DNA of 39,884 nucleotides, taken from Candidatus Kapaibacterium sp. Lineage in GTDB: Bacteria > Bacteroidota > Ignavibacteria > OLB7. The stretch spans positions 1 through 39,884 of the forward strand of contig JBDSJW010000481.1 in NCBI GenBank assembly GCA_039917235.1, written 5' to 3'. Positions 18,493 to 25,820 of the stretch are shown here, in pieces. A model generated the notes under the pieces. The model worked only from the letters and a program-made list of their open reading frames with translations. It was not told the DNA's origin and made no database searches. Both the position numbers and the translations under genes were made by a program. Position 1 is the first letter of the stretch. Each line of letters opens with the position of its first letter.

Positions 18493-19563
18493 CTACTGCC
18501 CATCGCACGAGTGGAGCAGCTCCTTCAGAATCGCCGGGGGAATTGTCGGCTTCAGGCCGACGATCAGCGAATCGATATTCCCGCGCACAATCCCGAAATC
18601 CGTCGCCTTCTCCGTCAGGCCGATAAGCGATACGCCGCGATCAAAGTTCTTCAGCATCGTGGGGGTCAGAATCTTCTTTCCATGAAATGCCGAATCGATA
18701 AAGACCCTGTTCTTCAACCCGCCGGACAACGGATCGAAATCAGTTCCGCCGTCGGCGTCCAGCTTCCGTGGCTGATAGGCAAACCACCAGATCTCGCTCT
18801 CACCAAGCGGGAAATCGCCATCGGACGCGCTCACCTTCCATGCGTATTTCCGCCCGGTCGTAAATGGGCGGGAGCTGATGGGAAACTGAAAAACCGTTGG
18901 CGTGATGGAAGGGCGGTCGAACCACGCCGGGTTGGACTGCATCGCATCAAACGGAGTCTGGCGGCCGACTATCTCCACGATCTTCAATCGATAGCGGATC
19001 TGCTGTCCGCGCTTCAGCGGCGACGGCGGCATCCAACTGAAGACCGGGAGCTTGTCCTCCACGATTGATTCATCAGACGGCGATATCAGCACCGGCGGCG
19101 TGGCCTGCTGAACCTCCGCGTTCTTGCAATCCCGGCCGATCACATCCCCATCGTTGCAATCGCGGCGCACCTCCACGCAGATCTCATACGATCCGGTCGG
19201 CGCGCTTCCGGTCCTTATAAAAACATCCTTATACTTGTTGTCAAAGTAGTGAGCATCGATCGGCTGGATCTCCGCGCCGGTAACCATATGGGTTCCGGGC
19301 GCAAGGACAAACCGCGTGGTCGTGGCCTCCACAAGAACCTTGTCCAGGTTCGTCTCGCGGAGACGACCGAACAGGCAGATCGTGATGGGGGCCTGGGTGT
19401 TGTTGACCAGACGGATACGCCAGAGATCGGCGATCTTCAACTGATTTGGAGGAGGCTGGAAGAGGGTGACCTGAACCTGGGACTGGGCGCGGAGGCCGGC
19501 GGGGATAATCGCTGCAAGCACGGCGAAGGCCGCAAGCAGGATAACGGTACGTGCTGATCTCAT
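18493..19563 (-). CDS. Secreted/periplasmic beta-sandwich-like protein (hypothetical), first gene of the cassette
   Basis: ATG at 19563 is preceded by GGGGGAAG and gives MRSARTVILLAAFAVLAAIIPAGLRAQS, a Sec signal. The track start at 19593 is a TTG inside a palindrome. The middle region PPVLISPSDESIVEDKLPVFSWMPP...YRLKIVEI...GRKYAWKVSA...SEIWWF looks like an Ig/FN3-like module. Confidence 0.85.
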   Translation of the reverse strand: MRSARTVILLAAFAVLAAIIPAGLRAQSQVQVTLFQPPPNQLKIADLWRIRLVNNTQAPITICLFGRLRETNLDKVLVEATTTRFVLAPGTHMVTGAEIQPIDAHYFDNKYKDVFIRTGSAPTGSYEICVEVRRDCNDGDVIGRDCKNAEVQQATPPVLISPSDESIVEDKLPVFSWMPPSPLKRGQQIRYRLKIVEIVGRQTPFDAMQSNPAWFDRPSITPTVFQFPISSRPFTTGRKYAWKVSASDGDFPLGESEIWWFAYQPRKLDADGGTDFDPLSGGLKNRVFIDSAFHGKKILTPTMLKNFDRGVSLIGLTEKATDFGIVRGNIDSLIVGLKPTIPPAILKELLHSCDGQ

Positions 19564-19578
19564 CACTTCCCCCAATGA

Positions 19579-19593
19579 TTGATACGTTATCAA
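19579..19593. promoter_or_regulatory. 6-3-6 palindrome TTGATAacgTATCAA (minus-strand reading) just upstream of the cassette's first gene; candidate operator
   Basis: The plus strand reads TTGATACGTTATCAA at 19579-19593. The arms TTGATA and TATCAA are exact inverted repeats, 16-30 nt upstream of the ATG at 19563. Confidence 0.25.
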
Positions 19594-19866
19594 AAACCGA
19601 TGTGCAAGTTTCCCCCGCGCCGAAGAGGAATCGATAAAATACCGATCCGCGCGACGAGCGGCAGAAGCTCGCTGAAAACATTCCTGGGGGAATTGGCCGA
19701 GCGATCGGCCACGAGCATGTTACGAAGAAGTTGGGTCTCCATCAAGAGAAAGCCTCGATTCGCAACAATTCCCGGCACTTTTGCCCACGCTTAACATTGC
19801 GGCGCGGCGTAATCGCTCTATGAGCGAAGAACGGAAACATTCAAAAATGGTTAGCAGGATAGCCAT

Positions 19867-20535
19867 ATGAACATACTGGTCACCGGCGGAACCGGATTCA
19901 CCGGAACAGGCGTGGTCCCCGCCCTGCTCCGGGCCGGACATTCCCTTACCATCCTCTGCCGACCCGGCTCGGAGCGAAAACTCCCTGGCAGCGAGCGCAT
20001 CACGCCGGTCACCGGAAGCCCGCTCAACGCCGATGATGTAGCGCGCGCGCTCCGTGGTTGCGACGCGGTGGTGCATCTTGTCGGCGTCCGGCGCGAGGAG
20101 ACCAGAAAAACGGGGCTGGGCTATGAGGAGGTGGATGTGGAATCGGCGCGAATCATGGCGCGCGCGATGTCCGCGGCCGGTGTAAAGCGGATTATCCTTC
20201 TGAGCGCCGGGGCAATCGGCAACAGCAGATATGTACAATGCAAGGCGCTGGCGGAACGCGCGGTGATCGACGCAAAGCTGGACTGGACGATCTACCGTCC
20301 CTCCTTCATCCTCGGCCCCGGACAGCAGTGGCCGATCCTCCTGGAACCGCTCCTTGCCGTTGCCTCCCTCCTCCCCGGCCACCTCGGCGATGTGGCGCGC
20401 CGCGCGCGAAGCGTGCGACGGGAGGAACTTGCCGCGAGCATGGTACGGGCGCTGGAGAACCGGTCATCAATCGGGGAGATTTATGACGTTTCGCGGATCA
20501 GGGCAACGGGGGGAATGCGCGGGGAAGTGGTATAG
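19867..20535 (+). CDS. NAD(P)H-binding atypical short-chain dehydrogenase/epimerase-family protein
   Basis: N-terminal Rossmann motif MNILVTGGTGFTGTGVV, 222 aa, with AGGA 9 nt upstream of the ATG. Confidence 0.85.
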   Translation: MNILVTGGTGFTGTGVVPALLRAGHSLTILCRPGSERKLPGSERITPVTGSPLNADDVARALRGCDAVVHLVGVRREETRKTGLGYEEVDVESARIMARAMSAAGVKRIILLSAGAIGNSRYVQCKALAERAVIDAKLDWTIYRPSFILGPGQQWPILLEPLLAVASLLPGHLGDVARRARSVRREELAASMVRALENRSSIGEIYDVSRIRATGGMRGEVV

Positions 20536-20608
20536 AAGGAGTTGAACCGACGGAGGCAGGGATGGGACAACAGATCGGCAACGTGCATGATGAGAGGACT
20601 GCGTCTTT

Positions 20609-20920
20609 TCACGTGTGGTATAGATCACCCATGCCGCTGACGAGAATCACGAACAGTACGTAAGGAACTATCCAGAGCGTTGCAATAGCCAGCGCGATAT
20701 TAATCAAAACGGAATGCCGCATGCCACGGTGGATGCCAAGCCCATACGTGATAATGCCGACAACCAGAACAGCGGCCTCTGTCCACGCCAGATACCCCAT
20801 AACCGCATTCGGAACATCGGAATACAGGATGAGCAAATAACCAATCACGAAAGCAATCAGCGGCAGAAGCGCAACGGCTCTGTACGGAACATATGATCGT
20901 GCTGGCATCACATTCGCCAT
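20609..20920 (-). CDS. Small integral membrane protein (hypothetical, ~3 TM segments)
   Basis: 103-aa ORF with three hydrophobic stretches (AVALLPLIAFVIGYLLILY, AAVLVVGIITYGLGI, INIALAIATLWIVPYVLFVILV). Composition looks coding and its GC is lower than the neighbours. Confidence 0.5.
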   Translation of the reverse strand: MANVMPARSYVPYRAVALLPLIAFVIGYLLILYSDVPNAVMGYLAWTEAAVLVVGIITYGLGIHRGMRHSVLINIALAIATLWIVPYVLFVILVSGMGDLYHT

Positions 20921-21212
20921 CTGAATTCAATTACCACGACTTGTTGTCGTAATGAAGACGGGGCCGGAAGCTCCCCCCGATCACCACGGAGCAGAAATCA
21001 TACTAAGCGATAAGAACGGAGCACCATCCCGAGCACCACCCAAACAGGAATGCCGCAGATCACCGGCTTGCATGAACGATTTAGAACTTATCTTTGTTCC
21101 TGCTAAATGATGCCCGGAATGAGTCCCGTGTTCCGTAGGCACTGTTTTGCGAGAGTTGACCACTCCTCCCTCGTGGTGGCGTTATGCCGCCATCGGGATA
21201 GGGTCTTTCCCC

Positions 21213-21243
21213 CCGGATCCACTTTCGGCCACGAACGGACGTC
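21213..21243 (+). promoter_or_regulatory. Candidate ECF-type autoregulatory promoter (CCACTTT-like -35, CGTC -10)
   Basis: CCgGATCCACTTTCGgCC, then CGTC at 21240-21243 (17 nt after the CAC), about 55 nt upstream of the sigma-factor ATG at 21298. It shares 16 of 18 positions plus the downstream CGTC with 33510-33541. Confidence 0.3.
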
Positions 21244-21297
21244 CTGACCTGCTACGGACGAACGTGGACTCTCGACGCATACCCGTTATCACACATT

Positions 21298-21906
21298 ATG
21301 AACGATCAGCATCTACGAAACTTCACAGATATCCAGCTTCTGGAATGCATTGCCGCCCGTAACACCGCGGCCGTATCGGTTCTGTACGATCGATTTTCCA
21401 AGCTGATGTATGGCATCATCCTCGCCGTGGTCCGCGACACCGACGATGCCGAGGATATCCTTCAGGAAGTGTTCATGCAGATCTGGAAGAATGCCTCCAC
21501 CTACCAGCCGGCGCTCGGCTCGCCGAAAACCTGGATGGCGCGGCTGGCCCACAACCGGGCAATCGATCTTCTCAGATCGAAGCGATACCGTCAGCGGAAA
21601 TCCGAGGTGGCCGGCCTGGACAGCGGGAACATGGATGCCACCCCTCCCGCCGAATATGTCGATAACAATACATGGCGGCAGACGGTCCACAACGAGCAGT
21701 CAGGCTATATTTCCCGGGCGATGGCGCGGCTGCCGCATGAGCAGCGTAACCTTATCGACATGGCGTTTCTTCAGGGCTACACGCATCAGGAGATCGCCAC
21801 GGCCACCAATATCCCACTCGGCACGGTCAAGACACGGATTCGGAGCGGAATGCAGGAGCTCCGATCATATCTTTCGGGGACATACGTCGAAGTCCCCGGC
21901 GCCTGA
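21298..21906 (+). CDS. ECF-subfamily RNA polymerase sigma-70 factor
   Basis: Region 2 DAEDILQEVFMQIWKNASTY...WMARLAHNRAIDLLR. Region 4.2 helix-turn-helix LPHEQRNLIDMAFLQGYTHQEIATATNIPLGTVKTRIRSGMQELR. Confidence 0.93.
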   Translation: MNDQHLRNFTDIQLLECIAARNTAAVSVLYDRFSKLMYGIILAVVRDTDDAEDILQEVFMQIWKNASTYQPALGSPKTWMARLAHNRAIDLLRSKRYRQRKSEVAGLDSGNMDATPPAEYVDNNTWRQTVHNEQSGYISRAMARLPHEQRNLIDMAFLQGYTHQEIATATNIPLGTVKTRIRSGMQELRSYLSGTYVEVPGA

Positions 21907-22133
21907 CGGCGGAACGGCAGCCGTGTGTGGATGATCGTTGCTGAACAGGCCCGGCAGTTGAAGAACTCCAGACATATACCACGATTTCCCGGAACCGGCA
22001 TCAGCCGGAATACAACGCGCGCGATGTCGCTCGATCACGGCCGATGCAAACCGGAATCGGCTTAATTACGTATTCATACCAAGGCGCAGGTGGGAGATTC
22101 CCACACTTCCCCCCGATTGCAGTTATCAAACTC

Positions 22134-22748
22134 ATGAACACGAACGGCAACAACACTCCTGAGAACCCGGCGGATCAGCCGGAGTTATACGCCCTGAATG
22201 CTCTCTCTCCACTGGAGGCGGCGGCATTTGAGGCGCGGGTTATCAATGGGGACGTGGACGCGGAGGAGCTTGAGAATCATATGCAGACAGTGCTCGCCCT
22301 CTGCGAGGAGATGGCGGCGGTGATGCCCGCTCCCCGACGCGCGCTGAAGGATGCGGTGATGGCGGCGATCGACCCGGCGCCGGCGGCCGAAGGGTTGAAG
22401 CCGGGAGAGCAGATTTTTGTGATGGCCGATGAAGGGGAATGGCAGAGCCCGGGGCTTCCGGGACTTTCGATGAAGATTCTCTATCACGATGACGCGCGCA
22501 AGCGCACCAGTGTGCTGGTTCGTCTGGCTCCCGGCGCAGCGTATCCCGCGCACCGCCATATGGGGCTGGAGGAATGTCTGGTGCTGGAAGGCGATCTTTA
22601 TGTGGATGGTCACTCGCTCAGGGCCGGCGATTACACGGCATCGATGACCGATAAGATCCATATTGACACGCACAGCGAACATGGCTGCCTGCTCCTTTTG
22701 AACACTCCGCTGGATGATGAATTTCTGGAAGAAGGCTACGGCGCGTAG
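22134..22748 (+). CDS. Soluble anti-sigma factor with a ChrR-like C-terminal cupin domain
   Basis: The N-terminus ...ELYALNALSPLEAAAFEARV... resembles RskA-type anti-sigma N-domains. The C-terminus ...VLVRLAPGAAYPAHRHMGLEECLVLEGDLYVDGHSLRAGDY... is a cupin. I saw no TM segment and no HxxxCxxC. An alternative ATG at 22044 adds 30 non-descript residues. Confidence 0.85.
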   Translation: MNTNGNNTPENPADQPELYALNALSPLEAAAFEARVINGDVDAEELENHMQTVLALCEEMAAVMPAPRRALKDAVMAAIDPAPAAEGLKPGEQIFVMADEGEWQSPGLPGLSMKILYHDDARKRTSVLVRLAPGAAYPAHRHMGLEECLVLEGDLYVDGHSLRAGDYTASMTDKIHIDTHSEHGCLLLLNTPLDDEFLEEGYGA

Positions 22749-22780
22749 ACGGTTCCGATGATGATGATATGGAAAATGAT

Positions 22781-22812
22781 AAAGGGCGATCGTAATGATC
22801 GCCCTTTTTTTT
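22781..22812 (+). terminator. Rho-independent terminator (A-tract upstream, so possibly bidirectional)
   Basis: AAA-GGGCGATC-GTAAT-GATCGCCC-TTTTTTTT: an 8-bp GC-rich stem, a 5-nt loop and an 8-T run, 33 nt after the anti-sigma stop. Confidence 0.85.
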
Positions 22813-22940
22813 GACGGGAATATCGTGAACACAATCCACGGCGCAGTCACGAATCGTGATGAGAACTCACAATCCACAACCTAAAGACCCGAATTCCAGC
22901 ACATAATTCCGGGTTCGATCTTCCGGCATTAGAAAGCGTT

Positions 22941-24014
22941 TCAAACCACCACCGCCGGCATTTCCAGAAATCGCCCGTATCGCTCCGCCGCTTCCGCCAG
23001 CGCGCGACGTTCGGCGGGATTCAGCTCGCGGAACGGATCAGGCATCACCGCAACTTCCCCCTTCTTCACAACCCGCTTCCACGTCCCGACGATCTGACCG
23101 CCGATGACGATCATATTGTTGAAGAGGATATTTCCGCGCGAGTCAAGCCGGTTGGCATGCGATGGATTGAACACCGCATCCCGATTTTTATATCCGACGA
23201 TATATTCATCGTAATTCGGCAGCAGTTGTGCCGTACCGACGATATCCGTTGCCGCATGTTCCGACGCGGAAAACCAGAACGTCTCCCCGTCGATGATTTC
23301 ATGCGCAAATTCATGTTCAATCATGGCGATGCTTCTTCGCGCATCGGTCAGCGTCAGGCCGGACCACCAGGAATAATCGCGATCGGTGGCGGGGCCGTGG
23401 CTTCTGAAATAGCGGCGCGCAAATTCAGCAAGCGCGGCATCCCCTTCCAGCATCGCGCCGGATGGAACCCATTCCTCCAGCAGCGCCAATGACGATTTTC
23501 CGCCGCAACGCGTTGCATAGCAGATCACGCCGTCGGCAAGGGCGCGCTGCGGTATCAGCGTCCCGCGCAATCCGCTGGAGTCAATTCCGGCGCGCGTCAG
23601 GGCTTCGCCAAGCTCCGGTCGCGTAAGAAGGTTTCCGCCGGCAAGCGCATCCGAGATAATGTTGTTTGATTTCTCGTAAATATCCTCGGTCAGTCCAAGT
23701 TTGTGGGATCGCGCGGTGTTATTGATCAGGCTTCGTATTCTCGGGGCCATCAGCCGGAGCATCCAGCGGATATCCTCCGGCGGGAGAAAATGCACGGTCC
23801 CGCGCATAAACGATGTCTTGATACATTCCTTTTCCGCAATCGCCCGCTCGATATCCGTCACCGTTGCATCAGGCAGACGGAGCCCGAGCGCCCAGAGCGA
23901 TCCATGATGATCCTGCGCCTGAACGGCGCCAAGCCATCGGACAATATCGCCCGGTTTCTTCAGCGTTTGATGCGTAATCCGTTGCGTATGCAGCCGCCGC
24001 GCGGGGAAATTCAT
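22941..24014 (-). CDS. AlkZ/YcaQ-like winged-helix (HTH_42) DNA glycosylase family protein
   Basis: 357 aa. The N-terminus ...RRLHTQRITHQTLKKPGDIVRWLGAVQAQDHHGSLWALGLRL matches the family's characteristic start, including a Q-x-Q motif. Confidence 0.8.
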   Translation of the reverse strand: MNFPARRLHTQRITHQTLKKPGDIVRWLGAVQAQDHHGSLWALGLRLPDATVTDIERAIAEKECIKTSFMRGTVHFLPPEDIRWMLRLMAPRIRSLINNTARSHKLGLTEDIYEKSNNIISDALAGGNLLTRPELGEALTRAGIDSSGLRGTLIPQRALADGVICYATRCGGKSSLALLEEWVPSGAMLEGDAALAEFARRYFRSHGPATDRDYSWWSGLTLTDARRSIAMIEHEFAHEIIDGETFWFSASEHAATDIVGTAQLLPNYDEYIVGYKNRDAVFNPSHANRLDSRGNILFNNMIVIGGQIVGTWKRVVKKGEVAVMPDPFRELNPAERRALAEAAERYGRFLEMPAVVV

Positions 24015-24236
24015 AATGCCGGAAATGTTAGCATGATTATTTCATTAATAATCTTCCGTGATCGTTCCGAACATATAACTCGCTGTGTGAAACGTTCGGA
24101 TAATAGTGATGCCACGCTTATATTTTCGCAAAGGAAATAAGCGCGGCATCGAGAATTGCTGGTTTGTACGCGACCGATCAGATGTCGCCACATTATTGAA
24201 ATGTGTTCGGCGATACAACGGGCACGCCGGATTATA

Positions 24237-24914
24237 TCACGACTCGGCGACGGTGTTGCCAAGCTTTTCGGCGAGAATTTTCGCCTGTTCCCTTGCCATG
24301 TTGTGGGCATTCTGGAGATTCTGTGCGCCAAGGTCGCGCAGCTCCGCCATGGCCGGATTTACATCAGCCATGGTCAGCTCGCTCTCGATAATCGTCACAT
24401 CCAGGCGCCAGAGATCCTCGAAGATCCGTCGCAGCCATCCCGTTGCATGATCCCATCCATCGCGAGGAGTGCCGGGGCCGTAGCCGCCGCCACGGGCGAT
24501 AATAAAATAAGCGGGGCGTCCGGCGATCGTTTTACTTGACAGGGGGGAGAGTGCCGAGAAGCGGGGCTCGGTCAGAAGCACATCCACCCATGCCTTGACA
24601 TGCTGCGAAACGCCAAGATTATAGAAAGGGAGCGCGAGAATATAGGCATCGGCCTGCTCCAGCTCATCCGCCAGTTCAGTAGCCAGCGCAATTGCATCCT
24701 TCTGCTCCGCCGTCTGATATTCTTCCGGAGTGTATGAGGCAAAGACGCTCGTTGCCCACACCGTTGAAGGAAGCGGCGTCAGACCAAGTTCCCTGCGGAT
24801 AACGGTTGTGCCATCGAGAGCAGCGACGAGCTCGGATTCCAGGGTTGTGGCGACCGCGCGGGTAACCGATCCCTCCGCACGGATGCTGGAATCGAGACGA
24901 AAAATCGTACTCAT
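24237..24914 (-). CDS. azoR: FMN-dependent NADH-azoreductase / flavodoxin-like quinone reductase
   Basis: 225 aa. MSTIFRLDSSIRAEGSVTRAV... and ...ILALPFYNLGVSQHVKAWVD... parallel E. coli AzoR (MSKVLVLKSSI..., APMYNFNISTQLKNYFD). Confidence 0.85.
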   Translation of the reverse strand: MSTIFRLDSSIRAEGSVTRAVATTLESELVAALDGTTVIRRELGLTPLPSTVWATSVFASYTPEEYQTAEQKDAIALATELADELEQADAYILALPFYNLGVSQHVKAWVDVLLTEPRFSALSPLSSKTIAGRPAYFIIARGGGYGPGTPRDGWDHATGWLRRIFEDLWRLDVTIIESELTMADVNPAMAELRDLGAQNLQNAHNMAREQAKILAEKLGNTVAES

Positions 24915-24996
24915 GAATTGAACTCCTGTAAGGGTTAGGGGTAGTAATCATCAGAGTCACTGATGATTAGAGAGAAGAGAAAAGTGATCCGAAAAA

Positions 24997-25206
24997 TTTG
25001 GCAATCATATACTTGGCACACACGAGGCTATCCATGCTATCCTTAGTATGTCATCCTGAGCGGAACGCGAAGGATCTCGCCGGTGAAGCGGGAAGTGCTG
25101 GCCCGCAGTCGTACCTATGGCTGAATCTGCGAGATCCTTCACCTATGGTTCAGGATGACAATGGGCTTTTTTGTTTATCATGTGGCTCAAGTATATGATT
25201 GCCAAA
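24997..25206. repeat. ~210-bp nested inverted-repeat element (MITE-like or structured RNA)
   Basis: Outer perfect 19-bp inverted repeat: TTTGGCAATCATATACTTG (24997-25015) and CAAGTATATGATTGCCAAA (25188-25206). Inner arms: GTCATCCTGA (25050-25059) plus GAAGGATCTCGC (25069-25080), pairing with GCGAGATCCTTC (25129-25140) plus TCAGGATGAC (25150-25159). GGGCTTTTTTG follows at 25163-25173. Confidence 0.7.
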
Positions 25207-25294
25207 AATTTCCAGGGAAATACTCTCAAAGAACGACCACGCATGGCAAATACATTATTGCTTTTACATGCTCCAACGGAATTGTGCGTGCATG

Positions 25295-25786
25295 TTATTC
25301 CAGCACCGCGATAAATTCTCCGGCCGGAATATCACGATGGAAGCAATATCCATTCTGGTCCAGCGCATTTTCAATTTCCACCCAGCAGCCATCGAAGCCG
25401 AGAAGCAATCGCGTCCAGATCTCGATATCATTCCCCCCCATCACCATATATCCATGGCCAAGCGCAACAGAGCGCAATTGCAGGCCGAGCGCGGGATTGA
25501 TCTCATTGATGGAATTCAGAATCCACCGAATGGTGGACCCTCTCAGTGGAAATGGCAGGCCGTTTCCCTTCTCTATCCACAGATCCTCGAATTTCCCCCA
25601 GGAAATTGAAATGGGATCGGCGGAGTCGAAAAAGAGCCGTATCGGAAGATCATCCCATCGACTCCACTCCTCATCATCGAGCAGAGTTTCGGCGGTTTCA
25701 TATGCCGTCAACGGTTTACCGATACAATCGGCAAAATGCAGCCGGATAATGGCGAGCTTTTCCTCAAGCGTTTCAACCGCCGCCAT
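25295..25786 (-). CDS. Hypothetical cytoplasmic protein, 163 aa, Trp/acidic-rich
   Basis: ATG-initiated ORF 34 nt downstream of the smc stop on the same strand. Composition is plausible for coding (MAAVETLEEKLAIIRLHFADC...EEWSRWDDLPIRLFFDSADPISISWGKFEDLWIEKG...). GC is visibly lower than smc. No motif recognised. Confidence 0.65.
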   Translation of the reverse strand: MAAVETLEEKLAIIRLHFADCIGKPLTAYETAETLLDDEEWSRWDDLPIRLFFDSADPISISWGKFEDLWIEKGNGLPFPLRGSTIRWILNSINEINPALGLQLRSVALGHGYMVMGGNDIEIWTRLLLGFDGCWVEIENALDQNGYCFHRDIPAGEFIAVLE

Positions 25787-25820
25787 GAATTACGCCGCCA
25801 CCGCGGTTGTCCCGGTCTCT

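Noticed and set aside
21068-21096. Bacteroidota-style promoter elements, TTG (21068-21070) and TAtcTTTG (21089-21096), upstream of the ECF sigma gene
   Set aside because: This is a single occurrence about 200 nt from the ATG. Such short motifs occur by chance, and host use of this promoter type is unproven. It is kept only as a note.
20921-21297. 377-nt non-coding stretch checked for RNase P, tmRNA, SRP or 6S-like conserved boxes
   Set aside because: I could not find any diagnostic conserved sequence (e.g. GGAAAGTCC for RNase P, or a tRNA-like 3' end for tmRNA) on either strand. It is most simply the sigma-factor promoter and leader region.
22911-22920. GGGTTCGATC, a T-loop-like sequence in the gap after the terminator
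   Set aside because: The flanks are a direct repeat (TTCCGG...TTCCGG), not an inverted repeat, so no cloverleaf can be drawn.
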